Of a stretch of 64,000 nucleotides of DNA, positions 22,316 through 34,724 are shown piece after piece. The stretch's first letter is position 1. Every line of letters starts with the position of its first letter. The notes under the pieces were generated by a model. It saw only the letters and a list, made by a program, of their open reading frames with translations, had not been told where the DNA came from and did no database searches. Both the position numbers and the translations under genes were made by a program. The stretch comes from Haliotis rubra. Its lineage: Eukaryota. The stretch spans positions 434,001 through 498,000 of the forward strand of contig NW_025767457.1 of NCBI RefSeq assembly GCF_003918875.1. The letters are read 5' to 3'.

Positions 22316-25137
22316 AACTTGGTGAGACATTGGCCAAACATTCTTCCTCGTCTAATTATGTACCTGAATTCCAAAAATATCAAAAACAGCAAGATAAGAA
22401 AGCTTTTAATTTCAATTCAGATAATGGGGAAGATTACAACGAAACCTTTTCAATCCACGAGCTTCATACTGCTCTTGACCAGGCTCATGATACTGCTTCC
22501 GGAGCTGAAAACGTACATTATCAACTCCTGAAGCACTTACTAGACTCATGTTTAGAGACGCTCTTATCTATTTTTGATGATATTTGGACATCTGGAAAAT
22601 TTCCTTCGTCGTGGCGCGATGCTATAATTGTGCCCATCCCTAAACCTGGACGTGATCATACTGATCCTTCCAATTATAGGCCAATTTCCCTAACTAGCTG
22701 CGTTTGCAAGACCATGGAACGGATGATAAATAATCGACTTGTTTGGTACTTGGAAACAAATAACCTTATAACAGATATACAATGTGGTACTGTCGATCAC
22801 CTAGTGCGTTTGGAATCATTTGTTAAAAATGCTCTAATTAATAAGCAACACGCTGTGTCTATCTTTTTTGATCTTGAAAAAGCATATGACACTACGTGGA
22901 AATATGGCATTTTAAAAGATTTACATGGCTTCGGATTGCTAGGCCGTTTGCCTCAATTTATAGCTAACTTTTTAAAAGACAGACAATTTCAAGTCCGCGT
23001 GGGATCTACCCTGTCTGATCATTACAATCAGGATCAGGGTGTCCCACAAGGCAGTATTGTGTCTGTCACATTGTTTAGTATCAAGATCAACAGTTTATCC
23101 AAGGTTTTAAATGATTCAATCGATGGATCACGTTTTGTGGATGATTTTACTATTTCTTGTCGTGGTAAAAATATGCATACTATTGAACGACAACTGCAGT
23201 TGTGTTTAAACAAAATAAATAAATGGTGTCTGGAAAACGGCTTTAAATTTTCTAAATCCAAAACTAATTGTATACATTTCTGCCGTAAATACAAACCGCA
23301 TAAAGACCCTGAACTATCTCTAAATGGCACACCCATCAAAGTTGTTAAGGAGGCCAAGTTCTTGGGTTTAATTTTTGACTCGCACTTAACGTTTCTGCCA
23401 CATATTAAATCCCTTAAAACTAAATGCCTGAAGGCACTTGACTTGTTGAAAGTTGTTTCTAACTCAAAGTGGGGAGGGGATCAAGCTACCCTCCTCCACC
23501 TATATCGATCATTGGTCCGCTCGAAACTTGATTATGGCTCCATCGTATATGATGGAGCCTGCAAAAGCAATCTAAAACTACTTGATTCTGTCCACCATCA
23601 AGGTCTAAGACTTTGTCTTGGATCTTTTAGAACTTCTCCTGTTGACAGTCTCTATGTCGAGGCAGACGAGCCAACGACGTATATAATTATCTTTACAATA
23701 TCTTACAAAACTATATTCTAACGAATCGAATCCTGCATTTCCATGTATCTTTAATCCTCTTTATGAGGATTTGTACAACTAGAAATCTTCTCTTGTTCCG
23801 CCACTGGGGCTCAGAATGAAGCCATTCATTACTGCTGCCGGCATTAAGCTGGAGAATATAGCTCCTTCTCGTCTTCTTTCTTCTCCTCCTTGGCAATTGG
23901 TTAGGCCACAAGTTGACCTAACTCTGACGAAGTTTAAAAATCAGAAACAAATGAATTACAATATAAACAAGAGTATAATCAATTAAAAGTAAATATAATA
24001 CATATAAATCCTTATTTACAGTTGGGTCCAAGGACGGTGGCGCAGTGGCATGTGCAACTGTCATTGGATCCAGAACAATATCTTCTAGAATACCGGATAA
24101 CAGCTCTATATTTACAGCAGAAGCAAACGCCATCTTAACAGCTCTTAAATATATTCAAAGACATCCTAAACATCAACAATATATAATCTTTTCTGACTCT
24201 CTTTCTTGCCTTCAGGCTATTAAAAATCTATCTTGCAAACATCCACTTTTAATTGAAATAATCGAATTATATAATGATCTTGCGACATCGTCTTCTGTTG
24301 GTTGCCCAGCCACGTTTTCATTTCTGGGAACAGAATGGCCGATCTTGCTGCCAAGGCAGCACTACACAAATCTGTGACACCACTTCTTATCCCATACTCT
24401 GATTACAAAGCTGCTATAAGATCTTATATCCGTGATCTGAGGCAAAAGAAGTGGGACAGCCAAGTAGGTATCAATAAATTACATGCAATCAAAACTTATA
24501 TCGGTTACACCTACTTGGGTTGTCAGTCCAGATTTGAAGAGGTCATCATACGACGATGTCGTATTGGCCACACAAGATACACCCATGAGTACCTATTAAA
24601 AGGTGAGGATCCTCCGTTTTGTATCCCTTGTGATGAAAGAATCACGGTCAAGCATGTCCTGCTTGACTGTGTTGAATATTCCATCACAAGGGATATCTAT
24701 TTCAAAGTAAAAACTATGAAGGATCTTTTTAGTAATATAAGTTCTCATTTAATTATTGCATTTAAAAAAAAATTAGACTTGTTAACTGATTTGTAAATAG
24801 ATACATATTTTATTATTGGTAGTTTAGATTAGTAACTGAGATTGTTAGTGGCTGTACCCTCAAAGGGGGTTGAAGTAGTGTAAAAGTATTGTCCTCCTAT
24901 GGTGATCTACCTTCTGGTGTTAGCTTGTTTTTATATTGTATTGTCCAAATAGTGCTATGAATTTTAATTCTCCATACTAGTTTTGGTTGTAATTGTGATA
25001 TTCTAGTTGTTTTACTGTCCTTCGTCGACAGGTTTTTACAGTTTACCATTACTTACTATGTATAACATTAATTGTTCTCGTCACGATATGGCTGAAATAT
25101 TGCCGATGTGACATTAAATTTTAACTCATTCACTCAC
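22316..25137 (+). mobile_element. 5'-truncated I/Nimb LINE (RT, RNase H, C-terminal CCHC, 3'UTR with deletion)
   Basis: YRPISLTS, FFDLEKAYD, GVPQGS, FVDD, RNase H AEANAI/SDSLS, CIPC..H...C; 13 bp TSD ctgtacatgacaa; empty site at about 14206. Confidence 0.95.
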
Positions 25138-25171
25138 TGTACATGACAAGTGGCTTTCACTGTTTATACTG

Positions 25172-25390
25172 TGATCGTGTGGTTGTTAAAGCCTCACTCA
25201 GCAATATTCCAGCTATATGGTGGTGGTCTGTAAGTAATCGAGTCCGGACCAGTGATCAACAACGTGGGCATCGATCTACACAATTGGGATACGATGACAT
25301 GTGTCAAGCAATTCAGCGAGCCTGACCACCCGATCCCGTTACTCGCCTCCTACGACAAGCATGGATTACTTAAGATCAGTTCAAGGGTCT
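25172..25390 (-). mobile_element. SINE family A copy (duplicate of 14250-14474)
   Basis: Near-identical sequence and flanks. Confidence 0.85.
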
Positions 25391-26154
25391 GGTCGACAAT
25401 GACAGGAAGGTTGCAAGTCATATTGGAAACGTGCCCGTGGTTGTCCTGTTTGTAACAAGTAGTTACTCATCAATTGTACAGATGTACTGTAAATGCATTT
25501 TACTTGATATGATGATTTGGGTATTCGTTTCTTGAGGGGTGTTTGGAAATAGTTTCAGCTTGAATCTGCGTCTCTTAAAACCACGTGGGACCACATATAT
25601 TGAATAAAATTCACACATGATAATTCGCGTTTTTGATGTTATAATCATTGCTATTGGAAAGGCCATCGCGTTCCCCAAGTTTCATAAGTGACTACTGATA
25701 TTGTCCCTGTCTGGAGCAACTGCAGTGCAACCGGAAGCAGGCTTTGTCTGTTAATTTATTGGTGTTATGTCCTAGTGGGTCTATATACGGCTGCACGATA
25801 TTCTCTGCTAATATTCAAAGTGTGCCAAGACGCATTCTTACATTGATTCGTAAGAATTGCTGTTTGACAACTGGCTCCAGTATTTAAAAGGGAAGACCGT
25901 AAGATAATCTTAATATGACGACCAGAAATTAAAAACCTATAGATAAATATAAAACTCTAGAGGACAACCATCCTCGGAAATCGATTCTATTGAGCGCAAA
26001 GGCCAAAACAGTGACTAATTAACTTAGAATATATAATGTGGCCGTTCTTATCAAGGTCGTCCATAAGAGAGGATTTCCTAACGAGGTCTTACTGTATAAC
26101 GTCTCATCTGACATGTTTTATATTTTCAGTGATCTTTGTCTTTTCAGTTTTGTG

Positions 26155-27525
26155 GTAAAATCAGAAACTAATGAATTACAATGTAGACAAGAATTTAATC
26201 AATTAAAAACTAAATATAATACATACAAATCCTGTTTTACAGATGGGTACAAGGACGGTGGCGCAGTGGCCTGTGCCACTGTCATTGGATCCAGAACAAT
26301 ATCTTTTAGATTACCGGATAACAGCTCTAATTTTACAGTAGATGCCAATGCCATCTTAACAGCGCTTAAATATATAAAAACATCCTAAATATAAACAATA
26401 TATAATATTTTCAGACTCCCTTTCGAGCCTTCGGGATATTAAAAATCTTTTTTGTAAACATCCACTTTTAATAGAAATTATTGAGTTATATAATGATCTT
26501 CTAACCAGTACGACATCGTCTTCTGTTGGTTACCCAGCAACGTTGGCATTTCTGGGAACACAATGGCCGATCTTGCTGCTAAGGCAGCACTCAACAAATC
26601 TGTGACACCACTTCTTATTCCATACTCCAATTACAAAGGAACCATTCGATTCTACATTCGTGATCTAATGCAAAAGAAGTGGGAAACCCAAGTAGGCATA
26701 AATAAGTTTAATGAAATAAAACTATCGGTTACACCTACTTGGGTTGTCAGTCCCATTTGAAGAAGTCATCATGCGACGATGTCGCCTTTGCCACTCAAGA
26801 TACACCCACGAATAAGGATCCTCTGTGATGTATCTCTTGTGATGAAAGAATCCCGGTCGAGCATGTCCTGCTTGACTGTATTGATTTTTCCATCACAAGG
26901 GATAAATATTGCAACGTCAAAACTGTGAAGGATCTTTTAAGTAAAGTTAACTATCATTTAATAAATGAGTTTTTAAAAGAAATAGAGTTGATTGATAAAT
27001 TTTGATTTGTATGTTTTGTGAATAGATAGTTAGTGGCTGTATATAGTGGCTGAGGTTAAAGTACTGTAAAATCATTGTCCTCCTGAGAAGGGACGTAAGT
27101 CCTAAAACTTTCCAAGTCAATTTAGCTCTACACATCTTTTTAATCGTAGAATATTTGTTGTTTTATTATGGCTAAATATCAGTACAATCGCCAATGGCTG
27201 AAGGGATGGCATAAATGCAGCTAGGGTCCATGCAGGTAGCCAAAGTACTGTAAGTCCCCATGGTCCCTAGAGTGGTGATCTACCTTCAGTTGTTTGCGAT
27301 CCTCAGACTTATTTTATATTGTACTGTCCTAATTTGAAATCCTATTTTAGAGATAAACGATAGTTTTATTTCTTATTACTGTGATATACTAGTTGGTTTT
27401 ACTGTCCTTCGTCGGCAGGTTTTTAGAATTTGCGCATTTATCATAAATTTACAACTATTTTAAGTCACGATACGGCTGAAATACTGCTGCTGTGACTAAA
27501 AACTTTAACTTACTTATTCACTCAG
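26155..27525 (+). mobile_element. I/Nimb LINE 3' fragment with complete 3'UTR
   Basis: FTDGYKDGGAVACATVIGS RNase H motif; 3'UTR ending gtcacgatacggctgaaatactgc...gtgac...cactca. Confidence 0.9.
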
Positions 27526-27560
27526 TTTAGGGGTACCTATTTCGGTTTCTAATAGAGACT

Positions 27561-27795
27561 ACCCGTGAAGATCCGAATTAGAATTGATCTTCAGTAACTC
27601 ATGCTTGTCGTAAGAGGCGACTAACGGAATCGGGTGGTCAGCCTCGCTGACTTGGTTGACACATATCGTATCTTAATTGCGTAGATCGATGCTCATGTTG
27701 TTGATCACTGGATTGTCTGGTCCAAACTCGATTATTTACAGACCGCCGCCATATACAGCTGGAATACGGCGGCGTAAAACTAAACTCACTCACTC
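27561..27795 (+). mobile_element. SINE family A
   Basis: acccgtgaagatcc...tgcttgtcgtaagaggcgactaacgg...ggcggcgtaaaactaaactcactcactc. Confidence 0.9.
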
Positions 27796-27914
27796 CCAAA
27801 TATAGACTGGTTATGCTCAAGTGTTGGTTTGGCGAATTAATGCTGTCCTCAAACTTGTCATTAAGTCATTGAATTGTGCTAGCTTTATGCTATATTCAAT
27901 GTTAGAATATAACC

Positions 27915-28410
27915 AGACAATTGAGACTGATCATGTACGACACGTCTGTTATTCTGATGATGAAACGGAAGAGAAACAACTTTGATACTTGAGCGTCTGG
28001 AGGATGAAAGGGCCCAAGAACATGTCGCCAGATAGTTACACCGCAGTCGACATGATAAAACACTAGCCGCTCTCTTGTCTGCCGCTCTTTTGTCTTTATA
28101 TAATGAGAATGCTATTTCTGCGTGTTCTGTTCTCGTGGTAAAGTGACTATTTTGATTTCTCCAGCTGATAATTGAGAGATTAAAGAAGTGCGACATCGTC
28201 ATGCACAACGTCATGAAAGTGAATTAGGAGATTTCTCCAGGTCAGGTTTCCTGAAACAACATTTCTGTCTAAAATTTGCTTTTTCCGCCATTTCAAATTA
28301 CTATTTTAAAAACAATTGTCAGACGGTTGGGTGTCATTGTCTGACAACTTGTTGGAGCGTCCTTTATTTCTGGATGTTTTCAATCTTTTAAAGAGCAAAC
28401 GTAGACAAAT
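27915..28410 (-). promoter_or_regulatory. Duplicated cassette with putative TATA box (TATATAAAG at 28102-28094, minus strand)
   Basis: Homologous to 35935-36400; a 15 bp tandem duplication (gccgctctyttgtct) lengthens the TATA-Inr spacing in this copy; function is inferred. Confidence 0.35.
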
Positions 28411-29338
28411 ATGCCTAATAATTACACTGTGCAGTCTGATGATACTGTCACAGAGTGACGTCATACACCTCTGTTTTGGACTACTTTCGTACAATGTCAG
28501 TTGGGTGAAGATGCAGCTTTTAGTTGTGCCACAACAATTTACATTATGACATTCATAACCTTAATTGGTCATCCCTCAGTGTCAATTTTTATTTTCTGTC
28601 CATTTTTATCCTTTCAAGCTTTCAAGAAGTTTTATGGAAGAGATGTGGAGGAAATTTCCCAATTTGATGCATCAGTGACAAAAATGATGTCCGATGCAAT
28701 TCTCTATTTTGTCATATGCCATACGTTCCCGAATAATTTCAGGTGAACAATTGACTACACTTCGGATTTATTTATGGGTGCCACCGGTGGGGCAGGTTAC
28801 GCTCACGTTTTCACGAACACCTGGTATCATCACTATTTCATAGTGATTCATAAACACATGCTCTGTCATCGTATCGCATGGTGACAATCACTGGATTGTC
28901 TGGTCCAGACTCGATTTGTTTACAAACAACATCGTTCAGCTGTAATACTGCTGAAACAATTATATACTCATGATATAGTCACATTTGTACAATCGCCTCT
29001 GCTTTTAGCAGAGGCTTCTTATAGATGTGGAAAGGGTTTTGTCGCTCCTATTGAGACTTACATGTATGTGTGTGTCTTTCGTTTAGAGCTGTGTCTAAGC
29101 ATGAATTAGCGAAAGCATAAGAGAGCACTGTTTTGCACAAGCCTAGAGTCTTATGCCCAGAAGGCGGTGGCTCATGGAGCCAATCTGGTGGAATAGTTAC
29201 TTTTTGATTATTCTACTTGAGTATATCATCCGGGTATCCTTGGTGCTGCAAGTCGGAGATCCGCTTGTTTTTAGCATTGTCCTTGTGATACTCCGTGGTG
29301 GGTGGGGAGCTCGGATGACGAACCTTGAAAACTTAACC

Positions 29339-30619
29339 ATGGCTTACGAAACCCCCTTGAAAAAACCAAACGTCCACTGGACACTGATCCAGTTGATAAT
29401 GATCAACGACTGTCCACGTCTATTGAATACTGGCCACGATTTCTTGTAATTGAAACTGTTGACAAGACACCATTAAAGTTGAACCCTTTTGCCATATCTA
29501 AGGGTATTCAAGGCATTGCCGGTGAAGTTAAAAATATTAAACGTTTACGTTCCGGTGCTCTGCTGGTTGAGTGTGGAAAACGGCAACAAGCCGCCAACCT
29601 TATGAGTACAGAATCGTTTGTCGGCGTTCCAGTCACAGTCACAGCTCATAAAACTTTAAACACAAGCAAAGGAATCATCAGAGACCGTGATCGATTGTTT
29701 GCAGATATGTCAGAACTTGACCTTGTCTCTGAGATGAAAGATCAAGGCGTACTCTATGTAAAACGTTTCACAACCCGGAAAAATGATGCTGTTTTAAAAA
29801 CCAATACCTACTTGTTTTCATTTTCTTCACCAAATGCTCCAAAATCTCTTAAAGCAGGTTATTGTAACATCAATGTAGAAACGTACATTCCGAACCCTCT
29901 AAGGTGTTTCAAATGCCAAAAGTTCGGTCATGGCGTCAATACTTGCACATTGTCTGTTGTATGTGCTCACTGTGGTGAGAAGACACATACAACAGAAGAT
30001 TGTGACAGTACTGTCAAAAAATGTACAAACTGTGCAGGGGATCATTCCTCTTACTCTAAAAGCTGTCCTGTTTGGAAACGTCAAATGGAGATAAATAAAA
30101 TCAAATTCACCCAAAACATTAGTTTTGCAGATGCAAAAACTAGTTCAAAGCTCAGAGCATAAAGAGAGCTATGCTTCTATCACCAAAACACCGTCAGAAG
30201 CGACAACTAGAATAACAAAATCATCTGCATGCTGTCAGACAACCTTGACCTGGGTTAAATCTGAATCTCCTCTGATATTCTCACCTGCAATATCTACACA
30301 AACTGCAGAACCACTTCCTGGTACGCCCCAAATCCAATCAGAACCATCTTATGACCGTGACACTTCTCAGTCAACTCAAAGGTCTCAATCAACGCCAAAC
30401 GTTCAACCAATCGTTAAAAACAAAGGCAAACCGAAGCCAGATTCAAAGAAACAAAGTGGCAGAGCCCCCAAGGGGTCAGATGATAAAATCAAGTTATTTA
30501 ACAAATACGGATCACTTGAGGACATGGACGTGTCCGAAAACGTCCATTCTAGGGCACATAGCTTGTCGCCCTCGAAAACGGTGCGGGGTAGATCCCCAAT
30601 TAATCCGCCTAAAAGATAG
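29339..30619 (+). pseudogene. LINE ORF1, gag-like nucleic-acid-binding protein with three CCHC knuckles, two frameshifts
   Basis: ATG at 29339; WPRFLVIE...NPFAISKGI...LRSGALLVEC; YIPNPLRCFKCQKFGH....C, CAHCGEKTH....C, CTNCAGDH......C; frameshifts near 29365 and 30140. Confidence 0.9.
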
Positions 30620-30629
30620 GTCTATCTAC

Positions 30630-33600
30630 CAATATCGTGCAGTGGAACTGTAGAGGACTCCGGACAAATTTTAATGAAATACAGCTATTAATCCAGGATT
30701 TAACACCATCAGCGTTCTGTCTGCAAGAGACGTATCTGAAACAGACAGATAATTTTAACTTACGTCAGTTTGAAGCCTATAATTATTTTTCCCCTCCAGG
30801 TGATAGAGCCACTGGAGGTTCTACTATCCTTATACGACAGAATGTTATTCACAGCCCTGTTACTCTTAACACTAATCTCCAAGCTGTTGCAGTGCGACTT
30901 ACTCTGGGTGTAGCATTTACGTTATGCTCTCTGTATATTCCGCCTTCATCGAACCTTCAGCTGACTGATCTTCAATCACTCTATGATCAACTCCCAAAGC
31001 CATGTGTTATTATGGGTGACCTAAACGGTCACAACCCACTCTGGGGCAGTACTAACACTAATACTAAAGGCAAAATAATTGAAGATTTCATTTCCAATAA
31101 TGACCTGTGCATATTTAATGATGATTCAAGCACCTATCTGCATCCTGCAACTGGCACTTATTCTTCTCTAGATTTGTCTCTTGCAGATTCTAACCTCCTG
31201 AATGAATTTGATTGGTCTGTTCATAATGACCTTTGTGGAAGTGACCACTTCCCAACTATCCTTTCAGAAATAACTCCATCTGATTCTCCATCGTATACAA
31301 GATGGAACTTTTCGAAGGCTAACTGGTCTTTATATCAAACTATATGTAAATCGAAACTGCGACCTGAATGTTTCAGTGATATAACTGATCCCATTCAAAC
31401 TTTTGCTGACGTTTTAAATGAAATAGCTGATGAGTGTATACCAAAGTCCTCTACGACTCCACATGTACGAAAACCATGGTTTAATACAGATTGTAGACAA
31501 GCCAGAAAAGCGAGGAAAAAGGCAGAGCGTTATTTCCGCCATCATCCAACTGTCCATAACTTAAATAAATTTAAAATACTCAATGCAAAGGCGCGTCGTA
31601 CCTTTAAACAAAACAAACGACAATCTTGGAGAAATTATGTCTCCAAAATTAATTCACGTACGCCAATGTCCAGAGTATGGAACATGGTTCAAAGAATTAA
31701 AGGCAAAGGTTCAAAATCTGCTGTTCACCATCTTAAAGATGGCGATAATTTAATAACTGACAAATCTAAAATTGCAGATAAAATTGGCGAAACTCTTGCC
31801 AAAAATTCATCATCGGCAAATTATGTCCCTGAGTTTCAGAGATATCAGAAGCAACAGGAAAAGACAAAACTTAATTTCGAATCACATAACGGTGAAGATT
31901 ATAATGAAGTGTTTTCATTACATGAGCTACATACTGCTCTTGAGCAAGCTCATGACACTGCAGCGGGTGATGACAATATACATTACCAGCTACTGAAACA
32001 CTTACCTGAACCATGTCTGATGACACTTTTAGATATATTTGACCAAATATGGACGTCTGGAGAATTTCCTCCTTCATGGCGTAATGCCATTGTAGTCCCA
32101 ATACCAAAACCTGGCAAGGATCATACAGATCCGTCGAATTACAGGCCGATCTCTCTAACTAGCTGTGTTTGTAAAACCATGGAACGTATGGTGAATAATA
32201 GATTAACTTGGTATCTTGAAACCAATAACCTTATAACAAATATTCAATGTGGTTTCAGGAAAAATCGTAGTACCATTGATCATTTGGTACGTTTAGAATC
32301 CTTTGTTAAAAATGCTATAGTAAATAAACAACATGCTGTATCAATTTTCTTTGATCTTGAGAAAGCTTATGATACAACCTGGAAGCATGGCATTTTGAAG
32401 GATTTACATGATTTTGGTTTGAGAGGCCGTTTGCCTCTTTTTATATCACAGTTTTTAAAAGACAGGCAATTTCAAGTCCGAGTGGGTTCAACCCTGTCTG
32501 ACCATTATAATCAGGATCAGGGTGTCCCCCCAAGGAAGTATTTTGTCTGTCACTTTATTTAGCATTAAGATCAACAGCTTATCCAAGGTTTTAAACGATT
32601 CAATTGATGGATCACTTTTTGTGGATGATTTTAACATTTCTTGTCGCGGTAAGAATATGCATACTATAGAACGGCAACTACAGTTGTGTTTAAATAAAAT
32701 ACATAAATGGTGTCTTGAAAACGGCTTTAAATTTTCTAAATCAAAAACTAATTGCATACATTTCTGCCGTAAATATAAACCACATAAAGACCCAGAACTA
32801 TTTTTAAATGGCACTCCCATCAAGGTTGTAAAAGAGGCCAAGTTCTTAGGTCTCATTTTCGACTCCCATTTAACTTTTCTTCCGCATATCAAATCTCTAA
32901 AAACTAAATGCCTGAAGGCACTCGATTTATTGAAAGTCGTGTCTAATTCAAGGTGGGGAGGGGGATCAAGCTACGCTCCTACACCTTTACAGATCACTTG
33001 TCCGCTCGAAGCTTGATTATGGCTCCATCGTATATGGTGGAGCCTGTAAAAGCAACCTAAAACTCTTAGATTCAGTCCACCATCAAGGTCTGAGACTTTG
33101 TCTTGGGTCTTTCAGAACTTCTTCTGTTGACAGTTTTTACGTCGAGGCAGATTAACCTTCTCTTAACCAACGCCGTATAATATTATCTATACAATATATT
33201 ACAAAATTATATTCTAACGAGTCTAATCCTGCATTTCACTGTGTCTTTAATCCTCTTTTTGAGGATTTGTATAACAAAAAATCTTCTCTTGTTCCGCCTC
33301 TTGGGCTCAGAATTAAGCCATTTATTGCTGCTGCCGGCATTGAGCTGGAAAATATAGCTCCTTCCCGTCTTCTTTCTTCTCCTCCTTGGCAGTTAGTTAG
33401 ACCAGAAGTTGACATAACACTTACAACATTTAAAAAATCGGAAACAAATGAATTACAATATAAACAAGAATATAATCAATTTAAAAGTAAATATAATACA
33501 TATAAATCCTTATTTACAGATGGGTCCAAGGATGATGGCGCGGTTGCTTGTGCCACTGTCATTGGGTCCAAAACAATATCTTCCAGATTACCCAATGACA

Positions 33601-34190
33601 GTTCAATTTTCACAGCAGAAGCAAACGCAATACTAACAGCTCTTAAATATATTAATAAACACCGTAAATATAAACAATATATCATCTTTTCCGATTCTCT
33701 TTCGTGTCTTCAGGCTATTAAAAATCTTTCTTGCAAACATCCACTTTTATTAGAAATTATTGAATTGTACAATGAACTTGCTACTGGCCAATGCGACATC
33801 GTCTTTTGTTGGTTACCCAGCCACGTTGGCATTTCTGGGAACACCATGGCTGATCTTGCTGCTAAGGCAGCACTCAACAAGTCTGTGACACCACTTCTTA
33901 TCCCATATTCTGATTACAAAGCTAGCATTAGAATCTACATCCGTGATCTAGATATACTCATGAATATTTATTGAAAGGCGAAGATCCTCCAGATTTGAAG
34001 AGGTCATTATGCATCCCTACTAATTGATGAAAGAATCACAGTCCAGCATGTCCTGCTTGACTGCATTGAGTATTCCATCACAAGGGATAACTATATCAAA
34101 GTAAACACTATGAAGGATCTTTTTAATAATGTCAGTTCTCATTTAATTATTGCATTTTTAAAAGAATTAGATTTGTTAAGTGATTTGTAA
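30630..34190 (+). pseudogene. LINE ORF2: AP endonuclease, reverse transcriptase and RNase H, disrupted
   Basis: QWNCRGL, LQET, GDLNGH, SDHFP (APE); QCGFRKNRST, FFDLEKAYD, PQGS, FVDD (RT); FTDGSK, AEANAI, SDSLS, WLPSHVGISGN..AD (RNase H); frameshifts in C/G runs near 32525 and 32960, stop near 33153, deletion near 33950. Confidence 0.95.
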
Positions 34191-34724
34191 ATAGATATAT
34201 ATTTTATTATTGGTGGTTTGAATTAGTAACTGATATTGTTAGTGGCTGTACCCTCAAAGGGGGTTGAAGTAGCATAAAATTATTGTCCTCCTGAGAGGGT
34301 ACGTAAGTCAATTTAAGTGTACCGGGTTTTTAATCGTAGTATTTTTGTGTTTTTAATGTATGGCTAAATCTGAGCATCAACGCCAATGGCTGAAGGGATG
34401 GTGTAAATCCAGCTAGGGTCCATGCAGGTAGCAAAAGTAATGTAATTCCCCATGGGCCTTAGTATGGTGATCTACCTTCGGTTGTTGGCGATCTATAGCC
34501 CGTATTTTATATTGTATTGTCTTCTTTAATTGGAATATTTTAACTTTGCGCTAGTTTTATATTTATAACTGTGATTTTCTAGTCTTTTTACTGTCCATCG
34601 TCGACAGGTTTTAATCTTCAAAATGTTTCTACTTTTATTGTATGGCTGCAATGTTGACGTTCGTCACGATATGGCTGCATGAGATATTGCCGATGTGACG
34701 TTAAATATTAACTCACTCACAATC

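Larger units (their letters stand above)
16172..27030 (+). repeat. Tandem segmental duplication, unit 2 (with later LINE and SINE insertions)
   Basis: Colinear with unit 1; extra inserts at 21541-21811 and 22316-25137. Confidence 0.9.
28980..34720 (+). mobile_element. Near full-length I/Nimb-clade LINE (5'UTR, gag-like ORF1, APE-RT-RNase H ORF2, long 3'UTR, (CACT)n tail), inactivated
   Basis: Domain order and motifs listed under the two ORFs; 3' end cgtcacgatatggctg...gatgtgacgttaaatattaactcactcac; 5' boundary uncertain, no TSD found. Confidence 0.95.

Noticed and set aside
22168-23721. 517 aa ORF as a novel RT fusion gene
   Set aside because: The first 49 or so codons are flanking DNA that happens to be in frame with a 5'-truncated LINE. 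The TSD and empty site show a chance junction, and the RT has a small deletion after QCG.
27945-27985. Hammerhead ribozyme core (ctgatga...gaaa), also near 35980
   Set aside because: CTGATGA is followed almost immediately by GAAA with no stem II, and flanking stems do not form
32488-32892. Antisense ORFs over LINE ORF2 (also 23034-23357, 33476-33685)
   Set aside because: Shadow frames of the RT and RNase H coding sequence
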